A stretch of DNA of 64,000 nucleotides from Lama guanicoe (taxonomy: Eukaryota). Under the pieces are notes generated by a model. The model did not search any database, was not told the origin of the DNA, and saw nothing but the letters and a program-made list of their open reading frames with translations. Positions 50,611 to 64,000 of the stretch are shown here, piece by piece (position 1 is the stretch's first letter; each line of letters starts with the position of its first letter). The translations under genes were made by a program, and so were the position numbers. Where the stretch lies: NCBI GenBank assembly GCA_013239625.1, contig MU054830.1, forward strand, positions 7,522,831-7,586,830, given 5' to 3'.

Positions 50611-51854
50611 ACATCCTCCTCCTAGAGGCTTTAATTCTTAAAATAAATCAACTCTTTTGTTCAGGTCTTTTTCATTTATTTGAAGGAAACAACATTCTGG
50701 ATTAATTTGAAGTAAAAGTACCCTGAAGGTACACTGAATATTCAGACTTGGATGGCTGATCATCTGATGGAGCTGTAGTGTTTCCATTTCTGTTTTGGTT
50801 GGGAGAAAGGCCATTCCCCATGCTTCTCTTTTCTTTTGATTTCTTGTTGGCATCTCTATTTCCCTCCATACTTTTCAGCATTCAAGCCAGATGCCAATTG
50901 TCTGTATGAAGACACATTGTTTCTCAAATATACCAGGACACCAAATGTCTGTGTAATATTTGACCATATGTGAATTTTCCAGTAAACTCCTGGGGACTTA
51001 TGTTCCAGTGTCAGCACCAAACAACAGAAAGACCATAAATTCCATCACCTAACCAGAAGCCTCACATATGCCTTATATTTATAAACTTTCGATAGATGTA
51101 ATGCATTCTAAATTTGACTTTTTTAGTGTGATAGAGATGTATGCTCTCTCCATGAAGGCAGTAACAGCTTGCAAAAATACAAATTCCTGGGACCTTGTCA
51201 GGCTACTGCTATCAGTACTGATTATAGCAATTGGTTATCGTGGAGACACTTGAAAGCAAGGAACATATCTTAAGCTGGATCCTGAAAGAAAAGAAGAGAA
51301 AAATGCATAGGTGGTAGGCAACAGATACGTTACAAAAAATTAAAAGGTTGAACTACCTATACTAACTGGGCCAAGAAAATTCCTCCAAGGCTAGACAGCG
51401 TGGACTTAAATTCTGGAATTCCAAGCAAATTATTTCAAAGCACACAGATTAAAGGCTAGAATTTTAAGAAATGACTCTACCACCCTCACTACCCCCTCCC
51501 AGATCCTGAATTGCTGGCATAATCATTAAAAGACAAAAACAGAAAACAGAACCATTTTAGGAGGATTTACTACATGCAAAGCTTTGTTTGGGACCTAGTG
51601 ATTGTTAAGAAGATGAAATAGACAGGCCTTCATCCTCAAGTCACTCACAGTTTAGTACAGGGAATCTCCATTGCCATCAAAGTACCTAACAACACAAGCA
51701 GGAAGCAGGTGTGGAAGGCAACATTTCTTAGGAATGGCTCCAGTATTGGGAGAGAGGCTGAGACTCAGCTTGTCCCTGTGCTGGCTAATGGATCTGGTGA
51801 AAAGAGAGCTCTCTATTGAACTGCACTCTCTTCTAGCAGGTATTAACAGCCCTA

Positions 51855-52025
51855 GTGGTAATAAAAGAGCAAATATTTATCAAGCACTTACATGTGCTAA
51901 GTACTTTAATTTTTTTTTCATTGACTTTCAAAACAATCTAACAAGGATAATATATTCTTATTCCTGTATTACAGTGGAGGTAACTGAGGTTTCAAAGATA
52001 AAATAACTTGTCAAGGTCATATAAT
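51855..52025 (-). mobile_element. MIR SINE
   Basis: atttatcaagcacttacatgtgctaag...gaggtaactgagg...aacttgtcaaggtcat. Confidence 0.65.
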
Positions 52026-52457
52026 CATAGGCTTATAAAACTGTTGATCCCATAGAAAACTGCCTTTTCCTTCTACAGAGGTTGGTATGTGTTAACCATT
52101 TTCTCAAGGAGGTGTACTTGTGTCACAAACGTGTTACTTTTCATCTCTGCCAACACAAACCCTATTCATCCTGTAAGAATTTGGGACTGCCTCAATTTCC
52201 ATCAGAAACTCTTCTTGGGACCCAGGGACTTCTCTTTCTAAAGTACACCTGGAGGACTTATGCCTCCCTCATTTATTTGGCAATCAATTATGAACTGCCC
52301 TAAGCTAAGTCTCATTTATTTTATGGTATTCTTTAACTTCATTTAATCTTTCCATCTGGATTGTAAACTCTTTCCAAGTTAGTGGCTTTGTCTTAGGAAT
52401 TAAAATCCAACACAGTATACATTGCAATCGTTTTTTGGTGTCTATTTGAATTAAAGT

Positions 52458-53075
52458 TGTATTCATTATCTATTGCTGCTTAACAAATTACCACAAATAT
52501 TGTGGCTGAAACACAACACATACATGTTATCGTACAATTTCTGTAGGTCAGAAGTTGGGTGCGTCTTAACTAGGTCCTTTGTAAAGGTATAATTGAGATG
52601 TCAGCTGGGGTCAGTTCTCATCTGCTGACTTCAGTGGTGATGGATCTGCTTCCAAGCTCACTCAGGTTGTTTGCAGAAGTCCCTTTCTTGCGGTTGTTAA
52701 GACTGAGGTCTCCAGCTTCTTTGTTGGCTATCGATGGAGTCCACTCTCAGCTGCTAGAGGCTGTCCTCAGTTCCATGCTATATAGTTCTCATCCATAGGC
52801 CCTCTTCCAAATTGCAGTTTCCTTCTTCAGAGCCAGCAACTGAGAGCCTCTGGAGTGAGTCTATTAGTAAAGTGGAGTCTTACATAATGTAACATAATCA
52901 TGACAGTGGCATCCCATCATCATTGCCATTCTATTGATTAGAAGCAAGTCACACATCCTGCCCACTCTCAAGGGAACAGAGTGCTTGAACAGGGCTTGAA
53001 CAAAATATACAAGGGCTTGAACCAAAATAGGAGTTGGAGATCATGAGAAGACCACCTTAGAATCTGTCTTCCACA
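52458..53075 (-). mobile_element. MaLR solo LTR (MLT1F-like) with a perfect 5-bp TSD
   Basis: tgtattcattatctattgctgcttaacaaattaccac...ttagaatctgtcttccaca. TSD AAAGT at 52453-52457 and 53076-53080. Confidence 0.85.
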
Positions 53076-54529
53076 AAAGTGAAATAAGCAGGAAAAACAC
53101 AAATATTTGAGATTTTATCAAATTCATTTAGCAAATAATAGCACTTGAAATAGAATTCAGAACTTTGATTCTGATCTTCTTTTTCCAACTACTAAATCAT
53201 CACCATCAATACAGAGATGCTCTTGGCTACACAGCCAGTTCTGGCTGGTGGAGCTAGAGCCCATGCATGAATCAATTAGGGGTGTGTGTTGAGGGAGATA
53301 ACTTGCTGTAAATAACCACTGTCCAAAGTGGTGTGATCAACTCAAACTTGTATCTCTTGCTGGAGCTGCAATACAAGGTCATCTATCCAGGAGTGGGTGG
53401 CAAAGACCTGAGTACATTAGGATTGGGGTTCATTCAGTCTCTCTGGGAGAGAAGTTGCAAAGGTCCATATAGGACCTCAGCCTGGAAAAACAGGGATATA
53501 GCCTGGTGGGGGATTCAACTGCTAATAGGAAGCTAAGATAATGACGAATGGACCAACATACAGGGGGGTGGAGGTCAGATTGTGGCTCATTGCACCCATT
53601 CCTCGCTTACAGAATTAGGGTTTGGCTGCATCTGTGGGCAGAGGCAAGGCTCCTAACCTACTCCCTGTGGGAGGCCTCACTGAAGTGAGGGACTGAGATT
53701 TATCTCCCAAAATCTAGGCTCGGATTCCATATTGATCAAATTTGTCAGATGCAATACATATTTGCATTTTGTTTTTCTCTGAATAAAAGGTACATTTTCT
53801 TAATTATTTTAATAAGATTTCTCTCTTTCCACCTTCCTTTCTCTTCTTCCCTTATTCTTTAAACACTTTTGCTATCATTAAAATCCTTAGATTTCTATCC
53901 AGTTATTCTTTTTTTCATTAAAAACCCAATGATACAGATATAATCTTATCAGCTGAACAAGTTGAATCAGATATGTTCTTCTGCATATCGCTTATTTATT
54001 ATACAACTTCCTGTATCTTTTAAAATAACACATTTTATGGGGTCTTTCTCCCATGACTCATTTTTGGAGCTGATCTGAGAAGGAATTATTCTCCAGACGT
54101 GGCACCATTGACCCTCATTTCGAATTACATTTTTTATTTATTTTTAAAAAGATATTTCATTCACAGAATCCCCACTGAGCTTTTTATTGTGGAAAATTAG
54201 GGCCTGTAAATCATCCCCCTCAGAAAACTATAAATTTTATACAATTGAAACATTCCATGGGCTGAGCTTGGCACTTTGATGAAATCACTCCTTCACTTCT
54301 CATAATTTATGAGCTTCCCCTATTCTCCTCCCTTCTGCTCCATCATCACCTTGCCCTCCCAGCAAGAGTGGGAGGTGGTATCGTGCCTTTAAATTGCTCA
54401 CTGGGGTTTACTGAGTATAATTTGTGAGCGAATTTATATGAATGCATGATATTACATGTCTCCAAAATTATGAACAATAAAACTTCATTTTCTTCTGGCA
54501 GGCAGAAGGGATGCGGGTTGATCATACAG

Positions 54530-54702
54530 CAGGCAGCACGGCATGGTGCACCAGGGACAGACCAAGTCCCTGGAGCCAGATGACATGGGATCTGCTAGTG
54601 GTTTCCTATGAAACCCAGGCCTCAGTTTCCTCAAAAACTGATTAGGTCCAGATGGGTAATCTTTAAGGTCCCTCTTAGCTCTCACACATTCTGATTCTGT
54701 GG
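54530..54702 (+). mobile_element. MIR3-like SINE
   Basis: ggcctcagtttcctc...ctttaaggtccctcttagctct...ttctgattct. Confidence 0.6.
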
Positions 54703-55309
54703 CTCCCAGATGGTTCTGGGCATCTTTTAAGGGGTAGTAGGAAAACCAAACAGGATATATCTCAACGGTTTGATAGACTATTTTGAATGTGGGTGGTTAA
54801 CTCTCATTTTTCGGGAAAAAGAGAGAAAACCCAATAGTCGTAAAGAACAGAACACTCCTGATTTTTGTATGTTGGGTTTGTACTGGATTGTGAGGTCTTA
54901 AGAACCAGGGGCTGTGTCTTATTTAACTCAGAAAACCTAGCTTTTAGGATAGAACCTCATACCTGGGTTTCATTCAATGATTAAAGCACTGATAGAACAC
55001 AGGGAATCCAAAAGTGTGTTACTTCCATAAATTCAAGTGCTTGGAATAACGCCGGACACACAGTAGGTACTTAATATATATTTGTTGAATTTCCAACAAG
55101 TAGGCTATTAGCCATCATTGGGATGTTGGAATTTCCCTGTGTCCGTTCCCAGTTCACTTGGTGTCTTTATTTTTATGTCCTAGTGGTTTTCTTTTGCACT
55201 AGAACTCCACATGGGTCTTTGAGGAAATTGCTAGCTTTATGACATCACTAGTAGTCACAGTTTTGCAAAGAGTTTTGCTGCTGGAGAAACAGGCCAGAAT
55301 TAGAGGATA

Positions 55310-55562
55310 GAGGTGGTATGGCAGAGTGGCTGAATATGAGCTTTGGAGTGAGATCTGGGCTCTACATCTTAAAAGCACTATGACCTTGGGTGGAATATTT
55401 CCTCTGCTAAGCTCCATTCTCTCTATCTGTAGTGTGAGGGGGTCATAATTGTATAGACTGGGGGTGGGGTCATAATTGTACTTATTCCTTAAGGTAGAAG
55501 TGAGATTCTCATCCATGTCAAGTGCTAAGCCCAGTGCTCATATATAGTAAATACTCAACACA
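55310..55562 (+). mobile_element. MIR SINE
   Basis: gctttggagtgagatctggg...tgaccttggg...aagtgctaagcccagtgc...taaatactcaa. Confidence 0.7.
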
Positions 55563-57144
55563 TACAGGCTCTGACTTATTTTTAATTATTGTTAGTAGTT
55601 TTGGTGTATACATCAGTAATTGCTCTTGTGTTGAAATTCAGATTCTTTTGTGGCAATACAACTGTTGTCCTATGTAAAATTTATTGTAGTCCTAACTTAA
55701 CCATTTATTTAGCTTCTCAGGATTTATTTTGAGATCCTTGCATTAAAAGAATAGAATGTCACTGATACTTATGAAAAGAACCTCATCCTTTTGGATGCAA
55801 AGTGTTGCTTGGATTTCCTGTTACTCTGAAATATAGTTTTTGTGATTCCTGTCTTTTAAGAAAGAATGAGAATATAGTGCTATATAAGAAGGGTCTGGTA
55901 TCTCTTTTTTCCCACATGATGAAAAAAATTTTTTCCCGGTAGTTGTCAGTTACGACTTTGCCTACATGCAATTATAACATAGCACACTGCTATTTAAGGA
56001 AGACTGTTACTTAGGGTCAAGAATGCAAAACAGCCTGAAATACTATTTGAAAGTCTAGGTGAAGCCAATTTCCTTTTCTTTGACCTGCTAGCAGGATACC
56101 CTGAGAAGGTATGAACTGGAATATGTGTCTTGGGACTATTTACCCCCTAAATATTAAAAGTATAAATAAGCAGTGGAGTTTAGGGTGACAGAGGATCAAA
56201 AGTGATGGCTCCCAAGCCCTTGCTGGTCAAATACGGCTCACCTAATAACATTTCAGCCCTGAATCACTTCACTGCAGGCAGGCTTGCAGCTGAGGGGCCT
56301 GCACAAAAACATTCCTTCAGGACCATTTAAAAAGGCTGAATAAGCAAAGTATCCTGTGTGACAACACTCAGAATATCAAAGGGGAAGTTCAGGTACACAT
56401 GTTATTGCCCGTGGCTCCAGGCCCAATAACCTTTTCCTCATAGCGATAGATTCCCTGGACAGAAAGCAAATCTCTTTCCAAGTTAGAGAACGTTATCAGA
56501 TTTATCTCTCATTGTCAGATCCGCATGTAGGAAACAAATGGAGTCTGCAGCATGATTCAAATTAGAAGCAGAGCAATTTATAGAGCTCACTGGCTTCTCG
56601 TAAACCGTATTAACATTTGGCATGGGGTGCCAAGGAGGCATAAAGAATCGTCCAGCTGAACACTTATTATCTGCTTAGTCTCTGATTATATATCCTCAAC
56701 ACAGCTTAACTAATGGCAGCCACAGTATCTCGTGAGCAGGAAATGAGAAAGTTACACACGTTTTTGTCTCATAATCAAATATTCTGCCCTATCTTTTTAA
56801 AGTCTCCCCTGGGGAGGCAAAGTTCTGTTTCTTTGGTTTCATTTTTCCTTAAGCTGTTGCCTGTAATTTCCACTTTGTTTTAGATTTGTCACAGCTCTAA
56901 AATGGAATTAAGTTGCTTATTTATGCTCATGTCTTCTGTTATTTTGGATTTGGGACATTTCTTAATTCGGTCATGGCTATATAGTTGCTTGAATTCACAT
57001 TCCCTTTTGAATTCTAGCCCATGGTGTCCTAAGTATGTGAACACATCATGGATACTGTCAACTTGTTCATTTATCAGAGTCAAACTTTCTTGTTTCTTTA
57101 AGGTTCTCAATATATTTAACCTAATAAGACTAGTAGGGGACATT

Positions 57145-57320
57145 TGTTGAATATTTACTATGTGGCAAGCACCTTACATTTTAATCTTATTTTATCATCA
57201 TAATCTCATGAGGTAATAACCAACATCACCTTCATTTTAGAGATAAAAAAAAAATCGTTTCCCTGGGACATACTGCTATGAAACAGAAGAGCCAGAAATT
57301 GCACCCTAACAACCTGCTTT
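57145..57320 (-). mobile_element. MIR SINE
   Basis: tttgttgaatatttactatgtggcaagcac...ctcatgaggta...cattttagagat. Confidence 0.6.
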
Positions 57321-57609
57321 CACCCACTGCACTGCTCTCTGTCTCTAACTTTATAGCTCATTGAATGCAGTGCCTTAGAAAATATGAGTGTAACAGAGAA
57401 GATGGGAGGAAGATGGGGGAAAAGAACATTAAATGTAGAAAGAGGAATAACATGGAGTTTTACCAACAGTAGAACTGAGGGAATCTTAGTCACACAATTG
57501 GCTCTTATTGAACTGAACTGGCTTCTCAGGTGCCTTTTCAATGGGCAGTGATGTGGGTGGGCCATTCAGGCATTCTGATAACTTCTGCTATAGAGGATTA
57601 CATATTTTT

Positions 57610-58340
57610 TTGTACTTTTTTGTTTCAAAAAAGTTATAAGAAAAATACAAAGAACTTCATGTCCCTACACCCAGTCTCCTCCAGTCATTAATATTTTACG
57701 TTTGTTTTTTTATCATTTTCTCTCTATATAGATACTTATTTTATGAACCATTTGGGAATAAGTTATAGGCACAATGGCCATAAACCCCTAAATATTTTGG
57801 TGTACATTTTTTAAGGATAAATGTTTTCTTACATAACCACATTATAATGGTTGTTTTCTGGAAATTAGTACTGATTCAGTGCTAATGTCTAATCTACAGA
57901 CTGTATTTCTGCAATTGTACCAGTAAAAATATTTTGAGAGACGGTGCTCCAGGACCAGTCTAGGATCACATGATACATTTAGTTGTCATGTCTCTTTTGT
58001 CTCTTTTAGTCTGGAGCAGTTTCTTTGTCTTTTTCCATTTTAATATTTAAAAAAAGAGTTCAGGTCAGCTGTTTTATAAACTGTCTTTCAACTTGACTTT
58101 GACATTTCCTCATGATTGGGTTGAAGTTATACACTTTGGGCAGGAGTAACACTGAAGCAATGGTGTGTTCCTCTCAGAGCATCATGCCAAGAGGCACATG
58201 ATGCTAATTTGTCCCATTACTCTTGTGTTAACAGGTTTCTCTACTGTAAAGTTGAGATTTTTCAATAGTTTAAAATTAAGATGCTGACTTCCTGGGAATT
58301 TGTTTTGAAGGAGGTCCATTAACTGAGCAACTGTGAATAT
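57610..58340 (-). mobile_element. Old L1MC-like 3' region
   Basis: acccctaaatatttt...cttacataaccac...catttagttgtcatgtctc...ggcaggagtaacac...gtcccattact. Confidence 0.75.
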
Positions 58341-61300
58341 TCCAAAAAAAGCTAGTTTCCTGATCTCTAAGTCTCGGGAACATGCTGCAGAAAGTGGTGA
58401 TTCAGCCAATATTCCCTTAGGGAGAAGTAACCTAAATCCCACCCCTGTCACCAGAATCTCAAGTTGTGATTCTGTTTATACTTAAGGAAGTGTCTTGATA
58501 TTTGGTGAATCTTTAAGAGATACATGGAATGTCAAAATACTTCTATGTCAGAACAAAATATGATTTTTATCACAGATTCAGATTATGGGTTGGCAGAGTA
58601 ATTTCTAGAGCAATTGGTCTTGGGGTGGGAATGGAGGGTGTGGTCAATTAGCTCTGAGCTGTTGTTGGACAAGGAAGTAGATGGCTTCATAGCTAGTGTG
58701 GAGGCCCAATTCCTCGTAGCAAGATTGGGCCAAGTGGGGAGGGCTGCCATCTGAAACTGCAACTTTTCCCTGGAATGGAGGTAGCTCAGTTTGGCAGAAC
58801 ATCGTCTCCTATGATAGGGAATAAGGGATGGTGCTATTGGCCCACATTTAGTGATTATATTAAATGATGAGGGAGGCAGGTGTCCAGACAGCAGGCAGCT
58901 GGATCCCCCAGCAACCCACCAGTGTGTGTGTCATGGGGAAATGGGGAAGGTAAATGAGTTGGGGGTCGGTGGCACAGATAGAGAAGAAAATTACAAAAGG
59001 AAAGACAGGTGAGGATCCAGTCATAAAGGGCTTGGGACATTAAGCAGATACCCAGACTGGTACTCCAACGCAGGGAAAGAAGACTGCAGAAATGGACTAC
59101 AAGACCCAGACTGGGCTGATACCAAGTATGACTTGAAGGATACTCCTGTCAGAGAGGCTAGAGAACTAGTGAAATTTTTATCCTAAAGTCTAGACTGATC
59201 TTAGAGACTGAAGAAAAGAATCAGAGAATTTTAGCTAGGGGAGAAGCAAGGCACAGTGTAGACCAAGTGTGTTAAAGATCTGAGGCTCATAATCAGCATT
59301 AGGCCATCAGCATTAGTAGTTATGTTCACTTCATTCCGCCTACACTCACATTAGGGTTGCATCATTATTGAATTTTTTTTTTGTCATTTCAGTCTCTCTT
59401 TCAGGTTATTTTTCAATCACATGTCACTTGTGCAATGCTGTTGGGGCTGAGAAACACAGCATGATTTGGTCTGTTCTCTATACCCTTCCGAGAAATACCT
59501 TAAGACTGAGAAATATGATTTCCTTTTCATATCTACGAATTGGATGAAAGTAGAAGGAAAGAATCAGAATGCTTGATGAAGTATGCATTGTTGAAGAACT
59601 GTGTCAGAATAAAATTATGTTAGAAAAATGATTGCTTTTTAAAAATGTTGCCCATTCTTGCATCTGTAAGTCTGTTCCATTTCAGCTTCCTTTATTTTAA
59701 TCCCTTTCTTCTCCCATGACATTTCCTATTCATTTAATTTAAGCAATGTTTCTAGAGATCATAGCAATGAGGTGTTGTATAAACATACAGTGGGACAATG
59801 AAAACCCATAGAAACACATGTGGGTGTGTGTACACAAAGCTCATTTAGGGTCAAAGTTTTGCAGAGCTCATGCAACTGGGAAAACGAAGTGTTTCATTGT
59901 GATCACATTGCTATTTGAATCTAGTGTTGTCATCATGGTTTAACATTTATTGCAAGTCTATAGTCTCCTGGACAGAGCCTAGAATTAGATGTCAACCCTG
60001 CTTAGTGAATTTATGCTTGAAATTAGATAGTAAAGCCACATAATGGAAAAAGATAATATTTCCAAAACAGAAATATTGAATAATGCATTCCCAGAAAAGG
60101 TAGGTAAGGAGAAAATGAGTTTGATCCAGGCAGTTAGGAATGAAGCAAGTGTGAGAAAACTTACATGTCTAGTTTAGGGATGGTTCGCAGCCATTTCCAA
60201 GAACCCTGGGAGGGACTGTGGAGGCTGCATGACCTAACACTTGAATCCTCCTCTGCCATAGCTCAGCCCCCGTGGGGAGGAATCTTGATGAGGAGCCTCC
60301 CTGTCTTGGGTAATAATAACAAGCTGCCCTCTCTGTAGGCAAATTTTCAGGTGGAAGTTTTACTTTGCCCTTCCATACCCAGTGCAGCAAATAATCAAGT
60401 CTTCAAACTTTGAGGGAAACCCTGAGGGGATTTTTTTTTAAAGGGTTTAAAGATCATTTGAAAATAAAAATAAAATTTCTTGGAATAAATTTTTCCCCCC
60501 TTAACATGTGCCTCGGACCATCTCTTTTTTCCTACTTCAGACACTCCCAATGCTTTTTAATATTAAATGTCTCAATAACAAAAGTAAACTGCATGTTATT
60601 TATGGAAACTGCACAATATTAACTTTGCTAATTACATGGTTGCTCACTTTCCCAGGCCACGTCACCTCCCGTTTGTTTCCAACTGCTGTGGCCACCATGT
60701 ATTTTAAGAGTAAGACAGAAATAATAAACTGCAGGTTTCACATGTAGTTTCTGCAGCTCACAAAGGGAATTTGCCATTTGGGAGTGAAGGGGCCTCATCC
60801 CAAGACAGAATAGAGTGAGTTGGGCTTCGCCCATCACCAGCCTATATAACACTGGGGAAATTTCAAATGGAGTTCTGAGGCCAAAATAACCCAAGTTCAG
60901 AGACCTGGTACAGCAACTTTCTGAGTATGTGAAATCTTCAGCAAGTGACATCTCTGCTTCTTGGTTCTCTGAATATAAATTAATGATAATGAATCCTAAT
61001 TTCTAGTATGGCTCTGAATCTTAAAAGGGGAGATACAAGATGGTGCTTGGCATTGGGTAATTTGTTAATGAAGGATGGTTCTTTGTTTCTTTCCACTCCA
61101 TTTTATGCTCTTTCAACCTTCTGAATGCTAAGCTGAGAAGGCATAAAAGATGGCATACATACTAGCCTTGCTCTAAATTCAGAATAAAAAGCTCAAGCTG
61201 GCCTATATTCTGCAAGGGGATTTGCTGTATCTTGGGAATTACTATTTGCCCAGCGTTAACTTCTCCTCCCATTTCTCCTTGGTTAGTGAACTGGTGCCAC

Positions 61301-63190
61301 CACCTTCTTACTGGAGAACTGGGCTGTTTGTAGAGGGATGTACATCTTTGGGCCCCAGAACTGAGCTTGAATAAATGGATAAGTGAGTCAGCAACCCTTT
61401 ACTGAGGTCTACTAAAAATGGCAGGAGTGGTTCAGCCCCTCCAGATCCATGAAATAATTCCTGTGGTTACATCAACTTCCATCTTTGGATCTAAAAATTC
61501 TCTCTTCTTTTTTTTTTGGAGAGTTTTCTGCTTGAAAGCTGTTTCACCTCAAACAGCCAGTTCCATTCTGAGAGAGTGGAGATGTGGAGTTTCCCTCAAC
61601 TGACAGCTTGGCCAGATGCCAACCAAGAGTTCCTCTGGGTCTTTTAGCTGTGGGATAAGTTACAGACGGCTTGGCCTTCCTCACTATATGTGTCGATCAT
61701 TTGCTGTAGTAAAAATAACAATCACTGGGTACGTAATTGGTTGTCTAAAAATGTGAACTTTATTAATTACCCTGAATTTCTGCTTGGCTACCGGCAACTC
61801 TGTCTAGACTCTATTTCTTGGCATTCTCTCATCTGTCGTTTCTACCACAAATCCTTTACTGATTTTTAGCTGCCTACTCTCCTGTTTCATCATCTTTCAA
61901 CCACTGGCTTTTGCCAGGATTTTTCACTAAACCAGAGATTTAATGTCCTCATTTGTAAAGAAAAGAAACTGAGTCCCCTTGAATCAGTATCTCCTCATGT
62001 CTTCTGTTTTTCCATGTCTGCTATAGCCCAGATAATGTATTACTGAAGTAGGCTGTGTTTCTGGACTATCAAATTAATTCAATATACCCTTATTGAACAT
62101 ATGGCCTGAACTAGTCAGGCTGTAGGCTTGAGGCTGGAGACGGAGAGATGAAACCCCTCTCTGCCATTGAGGAACTCACATTCCGTTTGGGAAGTTAGGC
62201 ATTTAAACAAACAGCCACCAAACAGTGTGCTAAGTGCTATAAGTGAAGTATAAACAAAGTGGCTTTTTGAGGAGTGATGTTGCCTTCGTCTGCACCTGAA
62301 ACAAGCAGTAGTATCTGACTTCTTCTAGAGGAACTACATACCTCAGTTTGCCCAGCAGTTCTGATTTATTAGTAGGGCTCCCTTTCATTTTTGGTGTCTC
62401 TGTTTATTTGATAAATCACATGGTTGTCCTATTTATAAATCAAGGACCAATATATGAGGCTAGTTTAATTTGGGGACAATTACATTCCTATTTATCAAGA
62501 ATGTTTGAGATGCCTGGATTTATATTAGTGGTTGAGGCAGTGGGGTAGGTTCCCGATCTGGTCCACCTTTTCTACCAACAGTAATACTGGTACTTTTTCC
62601 CAGATTACATCAAATGTAGGGTGACGATCCTTTTACCCAGCCTCTTTGTATTTTTTCAGTAAATAGATTCAACAATAGTAAGAGTTTCTAAAAGCATTTT
62701 TTCTTCACCCACTTGAGTTTAAAATAACTCCCCAAGGAGTTGACTAAATATCTGAAAAAGATGACTAGTACACTGAAAAGCATTTTTAAATAGAGAAAAA
62801 AATCAGAGCACACTTCATTTCATGATGTATTGCTTTATGAAACGTGTATCAGCTTTCTATACACACACACGTATATGTACTGTGTCCTGATGAAAATGTA
62901 TTTTTTAATATGGGTCTATGCCAATAGCAGTGTGAAATTAACTGCTTTAGACAAGCTTACCTAGATGCAGAATGAAATTTTCAAAGCTGACTACAGGCTA
63001 GAATCTAGAGCTAGTCACTCAAAAGGGATTCTGTTAATATCTGAACCATCCAGAATCCTAGTGGGGACTCCCAGGAAAAAGTAGAACATTGGTGCTAGGA
63101 CATCCTCTATCAGGGGTACCAATTTGTGTGATGATTAGATCATGAGATGCCATGTTTAGTTGTATGTGCCAGTTGACAGTAGGTTTTTTC

Positions 63191-63325
63191 TTTTTCTTTT
63201 TCTTTTTTTAACATTTTTTATTGATTTATAATCATTTTACAATGTTGTGTCAAATTCCAGTATTCAGCACAATTTTTCAGTCATTCATGGACATATACAC
63301 ACTCATTGTCTGTGATTTATCATAA
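63191..63325 (-). mobile_element. Young camelid L1 3' end (135 bp) with a perfect 16-bp TSD
   Basis: Poly-T, then aacattttttattgatttataatcattttacaatgttgtgtcaaattccag. TSD GACAGTAGGTTTTTTC at 63175-63190 and 63326-63341. Confidence 0.9.
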
Positions 63326-63737
63326 GACAGTAGGTTTTTTCATGACCCAGTATTTTGGATTGTGACCTCCTTGAGGACAGGGCGTGTATTTTACTGCTAA
63401 AGGCTGAAACAATGCTTATCCTGTAGCCGGAGTTTCCTGTGTGACTTTTATTCTTTCATACTACTCAGCACACCTTATGTTGCAATTAAAATTTTTCTGC
63501 CTCATCCACTGGCATCCATGTCTTATCATGTTTGTTTGTTTCTGGTGCCTAATTCAACACCTGAAAGCAGTTATTCAGTAAATTCATTAATTCAATTAAC
63601 GTTTTCTCTGTTATTCTGCAGAGAGCCTTTTCTGTCAGCTGTGCTACAATAGTTCTAGAAGGGACATGGGTGAATAGACTTGATAAATAACAGCTCTGTG
63701 AAGAACAAACTCTACTGTGCCCTAAACGGTATCACAC

Positions 63738-63776
63738 CACATGGCACGTCACACATGGCACGTCACCCATGGCACC
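63738..63776. repeat. 14-bp tandem repeat (CACATGGCACGTCA x2 plus a partial third copy)
   Basis: Read directly. Confidence 0.9.
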
Positions 63777-64000
63777 AATTTTTATGCTGTATTATTTTAC
63801 TTTCCATTCCTTTTGCTTAAAGTTTTGGTTTTTCTCCTTAAGTTTTATATATCAGTCCCTATCTCCTCTTGTCAAGCATTTCTTGCTTCATGTATGTTTT
63901 TCCATGGGCTTTACTCCCTAATTCACTAAGATGGTCTGAATATCTACTGTCCTTCCTAAGGGCATCAGCTTTATCCATGCTGCAGTTGGGGAGTCTTCAT

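Noticed and set aside
32150-61400. Scattered AP-1 sites (TGAGTCA/TGACTCA)
   Set aside because: The count is about what chance predicts for a 7-mer over this length.
1-64000. CRISPR array, operon or other novel multi-gene system
   Set aside because: No regularly spaced repeats, no long intact ORFs and no prokaryote-like segment were found. The window is consistent with a mammalian gene end followed by transposon-rich intergenic DNA.

Overview
This is mammalian nuclear DNA, AT-rich and CpG-depleted, with two N gaps (5438-5585 and 49982-50169). Vic-1-type tRNA-derived SINEs and artiodactyl-type L1 3' ends indicate a camelid (Camelus, Vicugna or Lama). The only supportable coding sequence is the terminal exon of TRMT11 (tRNA m2G10 methyltransferase) on the + strand at 4554-4685, with its 3' UTR and two AATAAA signals. 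Bases 1-4553 are its last intron. The remaining ~59 kb is intergenic (the TRMT11-CENPW interval in other mammals) and made up of transposon relics: two ERVL internal relics, several solo LTRs, MaLR/MLT1, L1, L2, MIR, MER5 and a Tigger5/MER47 element. The other ORF-track entries are chance ORFs or repeat relics. I found no convincing new biological system. The most interesting feature is a CpG-rich solo LTR at 15199-15763 carrying YY1, NRF1 and GC-box motifs and a G-quadruplex tract, oriented antisense towards the TRMT11 3' end; it is a candidate LTR-derived promoter or enhancer. Repeat family names come from my recall of consensus sequences, not from a database search.
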